From: Candidatus Woesearchaeota archaeon
GTDB lineage: Archaea; Nanobdellota; Nanobdellia; Pacearchaeales; GW2011-AR1
Assembly: GCA_964530955.1 (NCBI GenBank)
Contig: CAZHCL010000014.1
Span: 1 to 21,114 of the forward strand
Length of the DNA: 21,114 nt
Direction: 5' to 3'
Part shown: one piece after another, positions 1 through 10,004 of the stretch
Position numbering within the stretch: the first letter of the stretch is position 1
Layout: the number at the start of each line of letters is the position of its first letter
Position numbers and translations under genes: made by a program
Notes under the pieces: model-generated
Databases searched by the model: none
What the model was told of the DNA's origin: nothing
What the model saw: only the letters and a program-made list of their open reading frames with translations

Positions 1-72
1 AGAAAAATAATGTTCAGAAACGCCCCTCAAAAAGACGAAGATAACATCATAGCAGAAAAGAAAAAATGGTAA
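1..72 (+). CDS. 3' end of a CDS entering from the left (…RKIMFRNAPQKDEDNIIAEKKKW*)
   Basis: Frame open from base 1 to TAA at 70-72; next ATG follows at 74. Confidence 0.5.
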   Translation, partial: RKIMFRNAPQKDEDNIIAEKKKW

Positions 73-73
73 T

Positions 74-349
74 ATGAAAAATAAAACCAAAATAATTCTT
101 ATAATCTCACTTTTTATCCTAGTTATTGTTCTATCAGCAGCATATTACATCATTTACCTAAACATTGCACATAGTACTTTTGAAAATTATTACAAATTTA
201 GAGGTTGTGTAGAATTAATTAATAAAACAGACAGCTATGGATTTTGTAAAATAAGCTCTGGAGAAACAATAAAACTGGTAAAGTATAAAGAGAAATGGTT
301 TTTAGACGGAGATTTGCCAGTATCATGTGGGATTATTAACTGTCCATAA
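74..349 (+). CDS. Small membrane-anchored/secreted hypothetical protein
   Basis: Basic N-terminus, hydrophobic helix (IILIISLFILVIVLSAAYYII), then a small domain with 4 Cys. Confidence 0.75.
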   Translation: MKNKTKIILIISLFILVIVLSAAYYIIYLNIAHSTFENYYKFRGCVELINKTDSYGFCKISSGETIKLVKYKEKWFLDGDLPVSCGIINCP

Positions 350-405
350 AAATTCAGGATAAAACCAAACAAAACAATTAAAAAGCAATTTCCTCAAAAT
401 ATAGT

Positions 406-930
406 ATGAAAAAGTCAAAAAAGGCTGATAAAAAAGAGAACAAGAAACCGAAAGCAGTTAAAAAAGAAGAGAAAGAAGAAATTTCACTCGATGATGCATT
501 CGCAGACGATGAAGGAGTCGAATACGCTCCTTCAAAGCCTAGAAAGGAAAAGAAAAAAGGGATGAATGAAGATGAAATGGAAGAAGAGATAGAGGAAGCA
601 GAGGAAGAGGAAGAAAAAATAAGCAGTTCAATAAATAGTTCAGATGATCCGGTAGATAGAGAGATAACGTTCAAGGCTTCAAAGCCTCTAGCTAAAGTAA
701 AGAAGGGAGATAAAATAAAAATTGATGGAGTTGAATATGAAGTTGACAGCCATTATATCCTCATTGATCACGGCTCAACAAAAGAAATGGCATTAGATAT
801 CTTTGAGCCAAAATCAGACAGAGATTATCAGCTAAGGTATTTTGATGACCAAGTTGAATCAACCCTGGACTTCTATGAGCTTAGAGATATAATGTATTTC
901 AAAAAACCAATGAAAAAGATTGAATGGTGA
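406..930 (+). CDS. Hypothetical protein: K/E/D-rich disordered N-terminus plus beta-rich C-terminal domain (possibly DUF4178-like)
   Basis: Charged low-complexity first ~80 aa. VKKGDKIKIDGVEYEV resembles the start of DUF4178-type domains (from memory, unverified). Confidence 0.7.
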   Translation: MKKSKKADKKENKKPKAVKKEEKEEISLDDAFADDEGVEYAPSKPRKEKKKGMNEDEMEEEIEEAEEEEEKISSSINSSDDPVDREITFKASKPLAKVKKGDKIKIDGVEYEVDSHYILIDHGSTKEMALDIFEPKSDRDYQLRYFDDQVESTLDFYELRDIMYFKKPMKKIEW

Positions 931-960
931 AATAGCAAGGGTTATTAATCCTTTTTTATT

Positions 961-1782
961 ATGTTAAGTATGAAAAAGGCGTTTGTCATTCTTGCATCTC
1001 TTCTGTCAGTTATTTTAATTATCAATGCCGTAGAGGCAGAAAGCATCCCCAAACCCTATGACATGTACGTTAATGACTACGCACATATTTTCTCTGCTCC
1101 AGATACATCTTACCTACAAGCATTGTTAAATGAAGTACAGCAAAATACAACTGCTCAAGTAGTAATAGTAACCTTACAAAGTCTTAACGGCTCAGACATA
1201 TCTCAATACACAACAGATTTAGGGCAGGCTTGGGGAGTAGGCAATAAAGATAATAGCAATGGTTTTGTTATACTATATTCAGCGGAAGAAAATAAAATAT
1301 TCGCTGCTTCTGGATATGGATTGGAAGGAATTCTTCCTGATTCAAAAATAGGTAGACTATTAGATGAAAATTATGTTCCTCTAAAAAACTCAGGCAATGT
1401 AAGTGAAGGAATTATTAAATTCACAGAAGCAATCTCTCAGGTAATTGAACAAAATGCGGATGAAATTAAATCAAATCAATCGCAAGGACAGGGAGCAATA
1501 GGAATAATCCCTATTGTTCTAGGATTATTCATATTTTTCTTTTTTATAGCCTTGATATCTTATCCTTTCACAAAAAGAAAGGGTGGAAGAGGATTTGGTG
1601 ACTTCTGGACATTCTTCTTCATAGACTTCCTAGTAAGAAGCATATTGTTTTCAATAATATTCAGGGGAGGGAGAGGCAGGTCCTCAGGAGGAAGCAACTT
1701 CGGAGGAGGTTTCGGAGGTGGTGGATTCGGTGGAGGCGGCTTTGGTGGCGGTGGCTTTGGCGGAGGGGGAGCGGGAAGATAG
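961..1782 (+). CDS. TPM-domain (YgcG-like) membrane protein with Gly-rich tail; probable true start ATG 970
   Basis: Signal peptide; YVNDYAHIFS, QVVIVT, WGVG, NGFVIL, GYGLEGILPD motifs; TM helix; GGGFGGGG…GGGAGR end. TATA-like TTATTAA at 942-948 fits ATG 970. Confidence 0.92.
   Translation: MLSMKKAFVILASLLSVILIINAVEAESIPKPYDMYVNDYAHIFSAPDTSYLQALLNEVQQNTTAQVVIVTLQSLNGSDISQYTTDLGQAWGVGNKDNSNGFVILYSAEENKIFAASGYGLEGILPDSKIGRLLDENYVPLKNSGNVSEGIIKFTEAISQVIEQNADEIKSNQSQGQGAIGIIPIVLGLFIFFFFIALISYPFTKRKGGRGFGDFWTFFFIDFLVRSILFSIIFRGGRGRSSGGSNFGGGFGGGGFGGGGFGGGGFGGGGAGR
1699..1770 (+). repeat. Coding (FGGG/FGGGG)x5 glycine repeat
   Basis: ttc gga gga ggt ttc gga ggt ggt gga ttc ggt…; units diverged at synonymous sites. 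Confidence 0.9.
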
Positions 1783-1812
1783 TTTTTTAAACTAAACTTT
1801 TCTAATACTAAT

Positions 1813-2391
1813 ATGAAGAAATCAACCATCGCATGGATTATTGTTGGAGTAGTAGTTCTATTATTAATAGGATTTGTAGTAGGCTCATATAATAGTTTCG
1901 TCACTCTTAATCAGAATGTTAATAGTGGTTGGAGCGAAGTAGAAAACCAGTACCAAAGACAGGCTGATTTAATTCCAAATTTAGTTTCAGTAGTATCAAG
2001 TTCAGTAGGAGTTGAAACTAAGTTTGTTAAGGATGTTATTGCAGAAAGAACAAGTTGGCAGAGTGCGCAGACTCAGCTTGAAAAAGATACAGCAGGACAG
2101 CAGTTAAATAACGGAATAACTGCATTGGTAAGTGCAGTCTCTGAAAATTATCCCGTATTGCAAGCAAATCAGCAGTATACTGCATTAACTGATGAATTAT
2201 CAGGAACACAGAATAGAATAACTGTTGCAAGAGGAAGATACATTACATCAATACAAGCCTACAACACAGCAATCAAAGTATTCCCTGGAAACATAATCGC
2301 TGGAATGTTCGGATTCTCTGAGAAGCAATATTACCAAGCAGCAGAAGGAGCAATGAACACCCCTCAGCTTGGAACTGGAACTCTTCCTTAA
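1813..2391 (+). CDS. lemA: LemA family protein
   Basis: N-terminal TM helix; YNSFVTL, WSEVENQYQRQADLIPNLV, ENYPVL, ELSGTQNRITVARGRY, YNTAIKVFPGNIIAGMFGF. Confidence 0.95.
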   Translation: MKKSTIAWIIVGVVVLLLIGFVVGSYNSFVTLNQNVNSGWSEVENQYQRQADLIPNLVSVVSSSVGVETKFVKDVIAERTSWQSAQTQLEKDTAGQQLNNGITALVSAVSENYPVLQANQQYTALTDELSGTQNRITVARGRYITSIQAYNTAIKVFPGNIIAGMFGFSEKQYYQAAEGAMNTPQLGTGTLP

Positions 2392-2436
2392 GATAATTAA
2401 GGTAAGGTTTAATAATAATGATTTTTTCTTTTTAAT

Positions 2437-3741
2437 ATGGGCTTAGTTGAAGATAAAGTCAAGAAGTATCTTGAAGTTATAAAAAAAGATAATGGAAAGA
2501 TTAATGCAATTCTTCATTTAAATGATAAAGTACTGGAAGAAGCAAAATCAGTTGATTCAAAGGCTAAGAAGGGAAAACTTTATGGATATGTCTTTGCAAT
2601 TAAAAGTAACATTAACGTAAAAGATTTGATAACGAATTGCGCTTCTAAAGTTCTTGAAGATTACGTTGCACCCTATGATGCTACAGTGATTGAAAAAATA
2701 AAGGCAGAAGACGGAGTAATAATAGGAATGACTAATATGGATGAGTTTGCTGCTGGAGGAAGCGGAGAGAATAGCGCATTTGGATGCGCATTAAATCCCA
2801 GCGCAAAAGATAGAATTCCTGGAGGTTCAAGCTCTGGCTCCGCATCTGCCGTGGCAGCAGGTTTCTGCGACGTTGCTTTGGGAAGCGACACAGGAGGAAG
2901 CATAAGAAATCCAGCATCAAATTGCGGAGTAATAGGAATAAAACCTAGTTATGGACTAGTAAGTAGGTATGGATTAATTGATTTATCCATGAGTCTTGAC
3001 CAAATAGGAGTTATTGCAAAAAATATTGCTGATGCTTCTTTAGTTTTAGATATAATAAAAGGAAAAGATGAGCAGGATACAAAAACATTTGAATCTGAAC
3101 CTATAAAAATAGAAAATCTAAAGAAAGTAAAGATAGGTGTGTTAAATATAAAGAATGTTGACAAAAAAATACAAAAATTAATTGACGATAAAGTTGCTGA
3201 GTTAACTAAAAAACTAAAATGGACTTCAAAAGAGGTAGAAATAAGTCATATTGATCTTGCGGTACAAACATATTATCCTCTTGTTTACACTGAATTCTTC
3301 TCAGGAACAAGAAAATTCGATGGCAGACGTTTTGGAAAGAAGATAGAAGAATCTTGCGGTCCAGAAGTTCTTAGAAGAATAATGGGCGGAAGTGAAATTA
3401 CAAAAGCAGAATACAAAGGAAGATACTACAAGAAAGCGCTTGAAGTAAAAGAAGTAATAAAAGAAGAATTTGAATCAGTATTCAATGATGTTGACTGCAT
3501 AATTCTTCCAACTGTTCCGGGATTACCCTGGAAAATAGGAGAAGGAAAGAAAATGGCTCCAGAAAAGATGTATGCCTATGATATTTGCACTATTCCAGCA
3601 AATCTGGCAGAAATATGTGCCATTTCAATGCCAGCAGGCAAAGTTGATTCAATTCCAGTAGGCATGCAGATATTCTGCGCAAAAGGCCAGGAGAGCAAAA
3701 TGCTTTCCATTGCAAAAATGATTGAAGAAATTAATAATTAA
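2437..3741 (+). CDS. gatA: Asp/Glu-tRNA amidotransferase subunit A (amidase signature family)
   Basis: Catalytic Lys in AIKSNI, GMTNMDEFA, PGGSSSGSA, LGSDTGGSIRNPA, KPSYGLVSRYGL, SLDQIG, EVLRRIMGG. Confidence 0.93.
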   Translation: MGLVEDKVKKYLEVIKKDNGKINAILHLNDKVLEEAKSVDSKAKKGKLYGYVFAIKSNINVKDLITNCASKVLEDYVAPYDATVIEKIKAEDGVIIGMTNMDEFAAGGSGENSAFGCALNPSAKDRIPGGSSSGSASAVAAGFCDVALGSDTGGSIRNPASNCGVIGIKPSYGLVSRYGLIDLSMSLDQIGVIAKNIADASLVLDIIKGKDEQDTKTFESEPIKIENLKKVKIGVLNIKNVDKKIQKLIDDKVAELTKKLKWTSKEVEISHIDLAVQTYYPLVYTEFFSGTRKFDGRRFGKKIEESCGPEVLRRIMGGSEITKAEYKGRYYKKALEVKEVIKEEFESVFNDVDCIILPTVPGLPWKIGEGKKMAPEKMYAYDICTIPANLAEICAISMPAGKVDSIPVGMQIFCAKGQESKMLSIAKMIEEINN

Positions 3742-3773
3742 GCTTATAAGGCTGGAAAATTTTAACATAAAAG

Positions 3774-4451
3774 ATGGAAATAAACAATGTTAAAATTGAA
3801 TTCCTAGGACACAGCGGATTTTTAATAAGTAATGGAGATGGAAAGAAAATTTTCATAGACCCTTTCAGCATTTCGGAGAGCGTTGCAACCCAAAAAGCAG
3901 ATTTTATTTTTATAACTCATAGCCACTACGACCATTGCTCTATAAAAGACATAACAAAGCTGGTCAAAAAAGGAACTGTAATAGTAGTCCCCGCTGATGC
4001 ACAAAGCAAGATAACAAAAATAGAAGATGTCCAGATGCAGGTTATTGAAGTAGGTGATGAAATAGACTTCGGCAAGTTCAAAGTAGAAGCAATGCCTGCA
4101 TATAATGTAGGAAAAGATTTTCATACAAAAGCAGATGGCTGGGTAGGATATGTAATGAAATTTGATAAAGTAATAATATACCATGCGGGAGACACCGATA
4201 AGATACCTGAAATGAGCAGGCTTACAGGATATGGCAAGCACGGCCAGGAATTCATAGCACTTCTACCTGTTTCAGGAACCTACGTCATGAATGCTGATGA
4301 AGCAGCAGATGTCGCCTCAATGCTTAATGTAGATTTAGCCATACCCATGCATTATGGAGCAGGAGTCGCAGGCACAGAAGATGATGCCAAAAAGTTCGTT
4401 GAAGCCTGCAAGCAACTTGATGTTTACGCCCAAGTTCTGGATAAAATTTAA
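3774..4451 (+). CDS. Metallo-beta-lactamase-fold hydrolase (UPF0173/UlaG-like)
   Basis: FLGHSGF, IDPF, THSHYDH (HxHxDH), YHAGDT, IPMHYG. Confidence 0.92.
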   Translation: MEINNVKIEFLGHSGFLISNGDGKKIFIDPFSISESVATQKADFIFITHSHYDHCSIKDITKLVKKGTVIVVPADAQSKITKIEDVQMQVIEVGDEIDFGKFKVEAMPAYNVGKDFHTKADGWVGYVMKFDKVIIYHAGDTDKIPEMSRLTGYGKHGQEFIALLPVSGTYVMNADEAADVASMLNVDLAIPMHYGAGVAGTEDDAKKFVEACKQLDVYAQVLDKI

Positions 4452-4493
4452 GATAATAACACATTATTTAAACTAAAATTATGTTTAAAACTA

Positions 4494-5537
4494 ATGATAG
4501 AACTAGTTAAGCCCGAATTTGTTAAAGGAGATGAGAAAAGATTCAATAAGTTTGTATCTGAATTAAAAAGCAGCGATAAAATAGCCCTAATAAGCCATGA
4601 AAGCGATCCTGACGGTATCATAAGCGCTAAAATAGTAAATGCTGCTGTAAAAACCAGCTTTATCAAATTTATAGGCTACACTGACGCAAACATAGAGCTA
4701 GTTAAAGAAGTAAAAAAATCAGGAGCAAATAAAGTAATAATCACTGATTTATACATAAAAGACAGAAACTTCCTTGATAAATTAGCTGAATTTTCAGAAA
4801 TCCTTATAATAGACCACCACTTATTTGAAAATGATTGGAATTCGGATAAAATAATTTTTATGAACGCCCAGGAATTCTGTGCAGCCTATTTGACCTACTA
4901 TTTATTTAGAAAAACAAAAGACATTGAAAAATACGACTGGCTTGTAGCCTGCGCTTCAGTAAGTGACTGGCAATATACAAAAAATGCAAGATGGATGGAA
5001 GATGTATATGAAAAATATAAGGAGAAATTCAGTCCAACAATAGAAGGAATAAAGAAAAGCAAGTTTTTTGAGATAGTTGATAAAATAAGTCTTGGAATAA
5101 TCTATCATAAAAAAGAAGTTAAGATAATATACGAGCAAATAGGAGAAAAATTTGGAGACATAGGAAATATTGAAAAACATTCAGCAGAAGTGAGAGATGA
5201 AATAAATAAATTGCTTATCGATTTCGAAAAAAATAAAATAAATATTAAAGATGGCTTCTTCTATGAAATAGAAAGCAGATTACCTCTAAGTTCCTATTTA
5301 TGCACGACAATCAGCTCAAAAATTCAGAATAAAACAATAATTATTTCTCAAAAAGAAAATGATATATACAAAATGTCAGCAAGAAGACAAGATAAAAAAG
5401 AAAGTATGGACTCTTTTCTTAGAGAATTAGTTTCAGGATTAGAAAATAGCAAGGCAGGAGGCCATACGGCTGCTGCCGGAGCGAGTTTTATGTTGAAAGA
5501 TTTGGAAGAATTTAAAAAAAGAATCAAAAATCTATGA
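4494..5537 (+). CDS. DHH/DHHA1 phosphoesterase (RecJ/NrnA-like)
   Basis: SHESDPDGIIS, IITDL, IIDHH, SVSD, MSARR, GGHTAAAG. Confidence 0.9.
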   Translation: MIELVKPEFVKGDEKRFNKFVSELKSSDKIALISHESDPDGIISAKIVNAAVKTSFIKFIGYTDANIELVKEVKKSGANKVIITDLYIKDRNFLDKLAEFSEILIIDHHLFENDWNSDKIIFMNAQEFCAAYLTYYLFRKTKDIEKYDWLVACASVSDWQYTKNARWMEDVYEKYKEKFSPTIEGIKKSKFFEIVDKISLGIIYHKKEVKIIYEQIGEKFGDIGNIEKHSAEVRDEINKLLIDFEKNKINIKDGFFYEIESRLPLSSYLCTTISSKIQNKTIIISQKENDIYKMSARRQDKKESMDSFLRELVSGLENSKAGGHTAAAGASFMLKDLEEFKKRIKNL

Positions 5538-5622
5538 ATTTTCATTAAAAATTAATAAAATTCTGCAACATAAAAATATAAATACTAGTAATTTCTTCTT
5601 CTTGCATAAATATTACATGAAA

Positions 5623-5628
5623 GGAGGT
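5623..5628 (+). promoter_or_regulatory. Shine-Dalgarno of ftsZ
   Basis: GGAGGT 8 nt upstream of ATG 5637. Confidence 0.75.
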
Positions 5629-5636
5629 ATAAAAAG

Positions 5637-6716
5637 ATGGTACTAGATTTTGCAAAAGAGGCTTTACAGAATGTTGCGACGCATAGCATCAACTTTGATG
5701 AATTAAGAGCTGGAAAAGCTAACATTAAAGTTTTCGGTGTTGGCGGAGCAGGATGCAACTCTATAACATGGCTTTTCAACAAAGGAATTAGCGGAGCTAC
5801 AATTTACGGAGTAAACACTGACGCCTTGCACTTGAGTATTACCAAAGCCGATGAGAAAATTCTAATCGGTAAGGAGCTTACGAGAGGGCTTGGTTGCGGA
5901 GGTTACCCAGCAAAAGGTAGAGAAGCTGCTAAAGAATCTTTGTCAGAGCTTAAGAAAGCTGCCACCGGCGCGGACATGGTATTCGTTATTTCAGGCATGG
6001 GCGGCGGTACAGGAACTGGTGCAGCTCCAGTTGTTTCGCAATTAGCGAAAGAATCAGGAGCAGTAGTCATTGGCGTTGTTACAATGCCATTTGATTGCGA
6101 AAAAGCCAGGTACGATAAGGCAGAATTCGGATTGCAGGAATTGACTGAAGTTGTTGACACTGTTATAGTTATAGACAACAATCGTCTCGTAGATATTGCA
6201 GGTAACTTGCCAATGGAGCAGGCCTTCGCAGTAGCAAACGAACTGACTTCCACAATGATTAAAGGAATAGTTGAGACAATCACTCTTCCTTCATTAATCA
6301 ACCTGGACTATGCAGACGTTTCAGCTATTATGAAGAACGGCGATGTTGCAGTTATCGGCGTTGGAGAGAGCGATACGCAATCAAGAGTTGATGAAGCAGT
6401 AAGACAAGCATTGACACATCCATTGCTGGATGTAGACTACAAAGGCGCTACTGGCGCTTTAATCCACATAACTTGCGGACCAGACTTCAAGCTTGAGGAA
6501 TTCGCAGGCATTGGTGAACTCGTAACAGAGAACATCAGCCAGGATGCTCAGGTTATTATTGGAGCAAGAGTCAACAAGGATTTTGCCAACAAGGTAAGAG
6601 TCATTACAATAATGACTGGAGTCAAATCTCCATATGTCCTTGGAAAGAAGGCAATGCGTCAAGAGTCAGCAATGAAGTCTGAAATGTCAGAGCTTGGAAT
6701 AGAGGTCTTCAGATAA
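5637..6716 (+). CDS. ftsZ: Cell division protein FtsZ, archaeal FtsZ2-type
   Basis: GVGGAGCN, NTD, GMGGGTGTG tubulin signature, PF…E, DNNRL, SLINLDYADV (T7 loop). The C-terminal LGIEVFR resembles the SepF-binding tail. Confidence 0.97.
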   Translation: MVLDFAKEALQNVATHSINFDELRAGKANIKVFGVGGAGCNSITWLFNKGISGATIYGVNTDALHLSITKADEKILIGKELTRGLGCGGYPAKGREAAKESLSELKKAATGADMVFVISGMGGGTGTGAAPVVSQLAKESGAVVIGVVTMPFDCEKARYDKAEFGLQELTEVVDTVIVIDNNRLVDIAGNLPMEQAFAVANELTSTMIKGIVETITLPSLINLDYADVSAIMKNGDVAVIGVGESDTQSRVDEAVRQALTHPLLDVDYKGATGALIHITCGPDFKLEEFAGIGELVTENISQDAQVIIGARVNKDFANKVRVITIMTGVKSPYVLGKKAMRQESAMKSEMSELGIEVFR

Positions 6717-6731
6717 TCCTTAAACCGGGAA

Positions 6732-6770
6732 TTATTTTTATTCCCTTTTTTTCTTTTTTTTTATTTTATT
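6732..6770 (+). terminator. Oligo-T archaeal-type terminator after ftsZ
   Basis: Several T-runs of 5-9 nt between convergent genes. Confidence 0.65.
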
Positions 6771-6773
6771 CTC

Positions 6774-7763
6774 TTATTTTTCTATATTTTGTCGAGAAGA
6801 TAGCTTTTCTTCTAATTTTCTCTTCCTCGCTTCTCTTAACAGAACAGGATCATATCTAAAGTACCCACCACCTAAACCATTGGGAGCTACTAATCCAGAA
6901 TTATGAAAACAGCTTTCTTCAAAACTTCTGAAATAAATTTCATCACCTGACCCATATATATTCTTCCCAAGATTCTCATCGATAATTCTAGTTTCGTATG
7001 TTCTTATTTTATTATTTCTGAATCTAATTGCTACTCTAGGAAGGTCATAATAATTTAGAACTGGAAAATCTGAAAGATGAATATATCCTTCTTTTAGAAG
7101 AGTTTCCTGTATTCTTTGAAAGGTATCCTGAACTATTTTATGAACAACTTCCTTTGAAAGGTATCTCTGAATTTCAATCTCTTGATCAGAGATTATGCTC
7201 CATTGTTTTCTACGAAATCTTTTAGATTCAGCTTTTAATAAATCTAGTGCTTTTTTGTTAAACTCTTTGCTCAATTGAATGACCTTCCCCGAATCTTCAG
7301 CTCTGAGAAAAACTTCCCCACTTAATTCAAGACGCCACTTCTTGCCTAAATTAGGCTCATAACCTACGTTCAAAAGAGTTGATTTTTCTTGAGGTTTTAT
7401 ATATCTACCATGTATAGCGCACAAGTCCAAGTCCAAATCTGTGGCTGAAAGTTTTCTGAGTGCGGCTTCTATAGAAACAGACTTATGTCTGAGTTTTTCA
7501 TGGACATCCGAACTAGTAAAAAGAGTATTGACTGGAAAATCTTTTACAAACGATATTACATCGTCAAGAAGATAGTTCTTTCTTCCGGAAATATCTAGAT
7601 AGTATCTTGATGCCTCTGATGCGGCAAACCAGACTTCCTTATAGAATTTCTTTGCTAAATTTGAAGGCAGAGCATCGCCTATATCCTTAATTGCCAAAGC
7701 CATCTCAGCCACCTGTATCTCTAAAGGCGAAAGTCCTCGTGTGGTAATATCCGTGTGTTTCAT
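6774..7763 (-). CDS. Hypothetical protein, possible internal winged helix
   Basis: 329-aa ORF with GGAG upstream of ATG. FTSSDVHEKLRHKSVSIEAALRKL looks HTH-like. Confidence 0.75.
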   Translation of the reverse strand: MKHTDITTRGLSPLEIQVAEMALAIKDIGDALPSNLAKKFYKEVWFAASEASRYYLDISGRKNYLLDDVISFVKDFPVNTLFTSSDVHEKLRHKSVSIEAALRKLSATDLDLDLCAIHGRYIKPQEKSTLLNVGYEPNLGKKWRLELSGEVFLRAEDSGKVIQLSKEFNKKALDLLKAESKRFRRKQWSIISDQEIEIQRYLSKEVVHKIVQDTFQRIQETLLKEGYIHLSDFPVLNYYDLPRVAIRFRNNKIRTYETRIIDENLGKNIYGSGDEIYFRSFEESCFHNSGLVAPNGLGGGYFRYDPVLLREARKRKLEEKLSSRQNIEK

Positions 7764-7859
7764 TTTTACTCCTTGAAAGTAAGTGCTAATCCATATTATA
7801 AGAATATTTCTAAATAAAAATAAGCATAAAATGGAAATATTTATATATTAATCCAATTT

Positions 7860-8834
7860 ATGATAAATATGCCTCTTGAGCTAGATGAAATAGACAAAAG
7901 AATACTCTTTGAGTTAGAAAGAAACGCACGCATCCCAGACGTTAAACTTGCCAAGATAGTAAGAAAAAGCAAAGATGCTGTAAGATACAGAATAAAAAGA
8001 CTTGAAGAAGAAAAAATAATTACGGGTTATAAGACATGGATAGATATGTCAAAATTAGGATTTAGAAGCGGAACAATTTACTTTACTTTATTAAATATTC
8101 CAGAAAAAAAGAAAAAATTGATTGATTTTATCACAAATGACCCGAGAACATACTGGATAGGTGTTGCTGAGGGGGCTTGGAATATAGGAATATCTCCTTA
8201 TTTTAAATCAAATGAGGAATTATTTAGAATAAAACATGAGCTAATGAACAAATTTGGAGATATAATCCTTGATGTAAAGATGACTTCTCTTGTAGGAGTA
8301 AGCATACATGAAAAAAACTTTTTGATAAATGAAAAGACCAAACTTACCTCATTCACAGAAAAATTAGAAGAAAATAATCTTGATGAAATGAGCGAAAAGA
8401 TACTGAAGAAGATTTACTGGAACGCAAAAGAGAATATAGCAACCTTGGCTTCAGAACTTAATACTACTGTAGATATAATAAGAACAAGAATAAAAAATCT
8501 TGAAAAAGATAAAGTAATAATCAGATATTCTGCAGTAATAGATTATCAAAAAATAGGATACGAATATCACAAGGCATTTATTTATATAAAAAAGTTTGAC
8601 TCCGAATTCTTTAATAAAATAAATAATCACCTTGAAAACAGCAAAGTAGCCATAAATATGGTAAGACAGATTGCTCCCTGGGATTTAGAAATAATATTTT
8701 TCACTAGAAATTTCTCAGAATATGACTTGGCAATAGGAGAAATCACTAAAATGTTTGAAGATAACATAAAGAAGATTGAAAGTGCAACAATGAGTATAGA
8801 TATAATATTTCCATGCAAGAAACTACCTTTCTAG
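7860..8834 (+). CDS. Lrp/AsnC family regulator with duplicated HTH+RAM units; probable start ATG 7869
   Basis: LDEIDKRILFELERNARIP…VRYRIKRLEEEKII and a second unit LDEMSEKILKKIYWNAK…IRTRIKNLEKDKVI. Confidence 0.92.
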   Translation: MINMPLELDEIDKRILFELERNARIPDVKLAKIVRKSKDAVRYRIKRLEEEKIITGYKTWIDMSKLGFRSGTIYFTLLNIPEKKKKLIDFITNDPRTYWIGVAEGAWNIGISPYFKSNEELFRIKHELMNKFGDIILDVKMTSLVGVSIHEKNFLINEKTKLTSFTEKLEENNLDEMSEKILKKIYWNAKENIATLASELNTTVDIIRTRIKNLEKDKVIIRYSAVIDYQKIGYEYHKAFIYIKKFDSEFFNKINNHLENSKVAINMVRQIAPWDLEIIFFTRNFSEYDLAIGEITKMFEDNIKKIESATMSIDIIFPCKKLPF

Positions 8835-8893
8835 TAAATAAATAACATTCTTCACAACAACAATTTATTTATATCTGAAAAACAAACAAGGTT

Positions 8894-9337
8894 ATGACTC
8901 CGATATACCTCTATTATGGCAGTTCAAATCCATTGGAAGGAGAATATATTTTACCTAAACAAGGTAAAGACGCAAGAAAAAGACCTGAAAACATGCACAC
9001 AGGGGTTTATGCAACTGATTCAAGAGAAGTAGCAATAGCAATGGCCCTTATTAGATGCAAGGGAGTAAAAATGTCAAGCATAAGATTTTCACAAAGTCCA
9101 CCAGCAACAATATACGAAGGATGGCCTGAACAAGAGGAAATTTATCTTTACACTCTTTCACCAAATAAATTCCTACAAACAAGCCTGAAAAGACAATGGC
9201 TCTGCCTTTCCCAAGTCAAACCTCTGAAAGTAGATAAATTAAAAGTCGCAGATTATTTAAGTTTGATAAGAAAAGCAGATGAAGACGAAAAGATTGAATG
9301 GATAAAGAAAAACTCACTTAATAAGAAAGAAATTTGA
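8894..9337 (+). CDS. Putative ADP-ribosyltransferase-fold protein (Arr-like)
   Basis: LYYGS (cf. LYHGS), GVYATDSREVA, IYLYTL, RQWLCLSQVKP are spaced as in H-Y-[EDQ] ARTs. Confidence 0.55.
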   Translation: MTPIYLYYGSSNPLEGEYILPKQGKDARKRPENMHTGVYATDSREVAIAMALIRCKGVKMSSIRFSQSPPATIYEGWPEQEEIYLYTLSPNKFLQTSLKRQWLCLSQVKPLKVDKLKVADYLSLIRKADEDEKIEWIKKNSLNKKEI

Positions 9338-9341
9338 TTAA

Positions 9342-9905
9342 CTAATCGTCTTCGCTTCCTTCCTGAATTAATGAAGCTCTCTTCTTAGTTCCCCATTCTT
9401 CCCAGAAAAGTGAATGCTCAAGAGTTTTTTTATTCTTCTTTGGATTCTTTCCATTTTCATATCCGATAGGCACGATAGCCTCAACCTGTATATGCGCAGG
9501 TATTTTGAGCATCTGCTTTATCAATTCATCTGTAAAAGAGCCTACCCAGCACGAAGAAAGTCCTAAATCAGTCAATTTAAGCAAGAAAGTCTCTATCGCT
9601 GCTCCTGCCTGTTGCCTTGAATAAACCCTTCCTCTCTCTCCATGTAAATTCTCAAGATTTGTATCATCAGAGCATACAACAACAAGAATTGAACACTCAC
9701 TTATCCAAGTCTGCCCAGCAAACTCTGATATTTTATCAATCTTTCCAGGTTCCTCAATTATCAAGAATCTTAAATTATTAAGTCCATCAGCAAAAGGTCC
9801 TTTGCCAGCAGAGTCAACAGCTTCAAGCACATCCTTCCAGCTAGCTCTTTTACTTTTAAAAGAACGAACTGACTTTCTCTTATCAATTACGGAGTCAAAA
9901 TCCAT
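9342..9905 (-). CDS. Nitroreductase family protein
   Basis: IDKRKSVRSFK, AAIETFLL…LGLSSCWVGSF, IVPIGY. Confidence 0.93.
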   Translation of the reverse strand: MDFDSVIDKRKSVRSFKSKRASWKDVLEAVDSAGKGPFADGLNNLRFLIIEEPGKIDKISEFAGQTWISECSILVVVCSDDTNLENLHGERGRVYSRQQAGAAIETFLLKLTDLGLSSCWVGSFTDELIKQMLKIPAHIQVEAIVPIGYENGKNPKKNKKTLEHSLFWEEWGTKKRASLIQEGSEDD

Positions 9906-10004
9906 TAATATTCTATGGAAATAAGATATAAAAATCTATCCAACCAGTCAAAATAACTCTCAATTAATTAAAGTTTAAAAAGGGAGGATATTATAAATTT
10001 CCAA

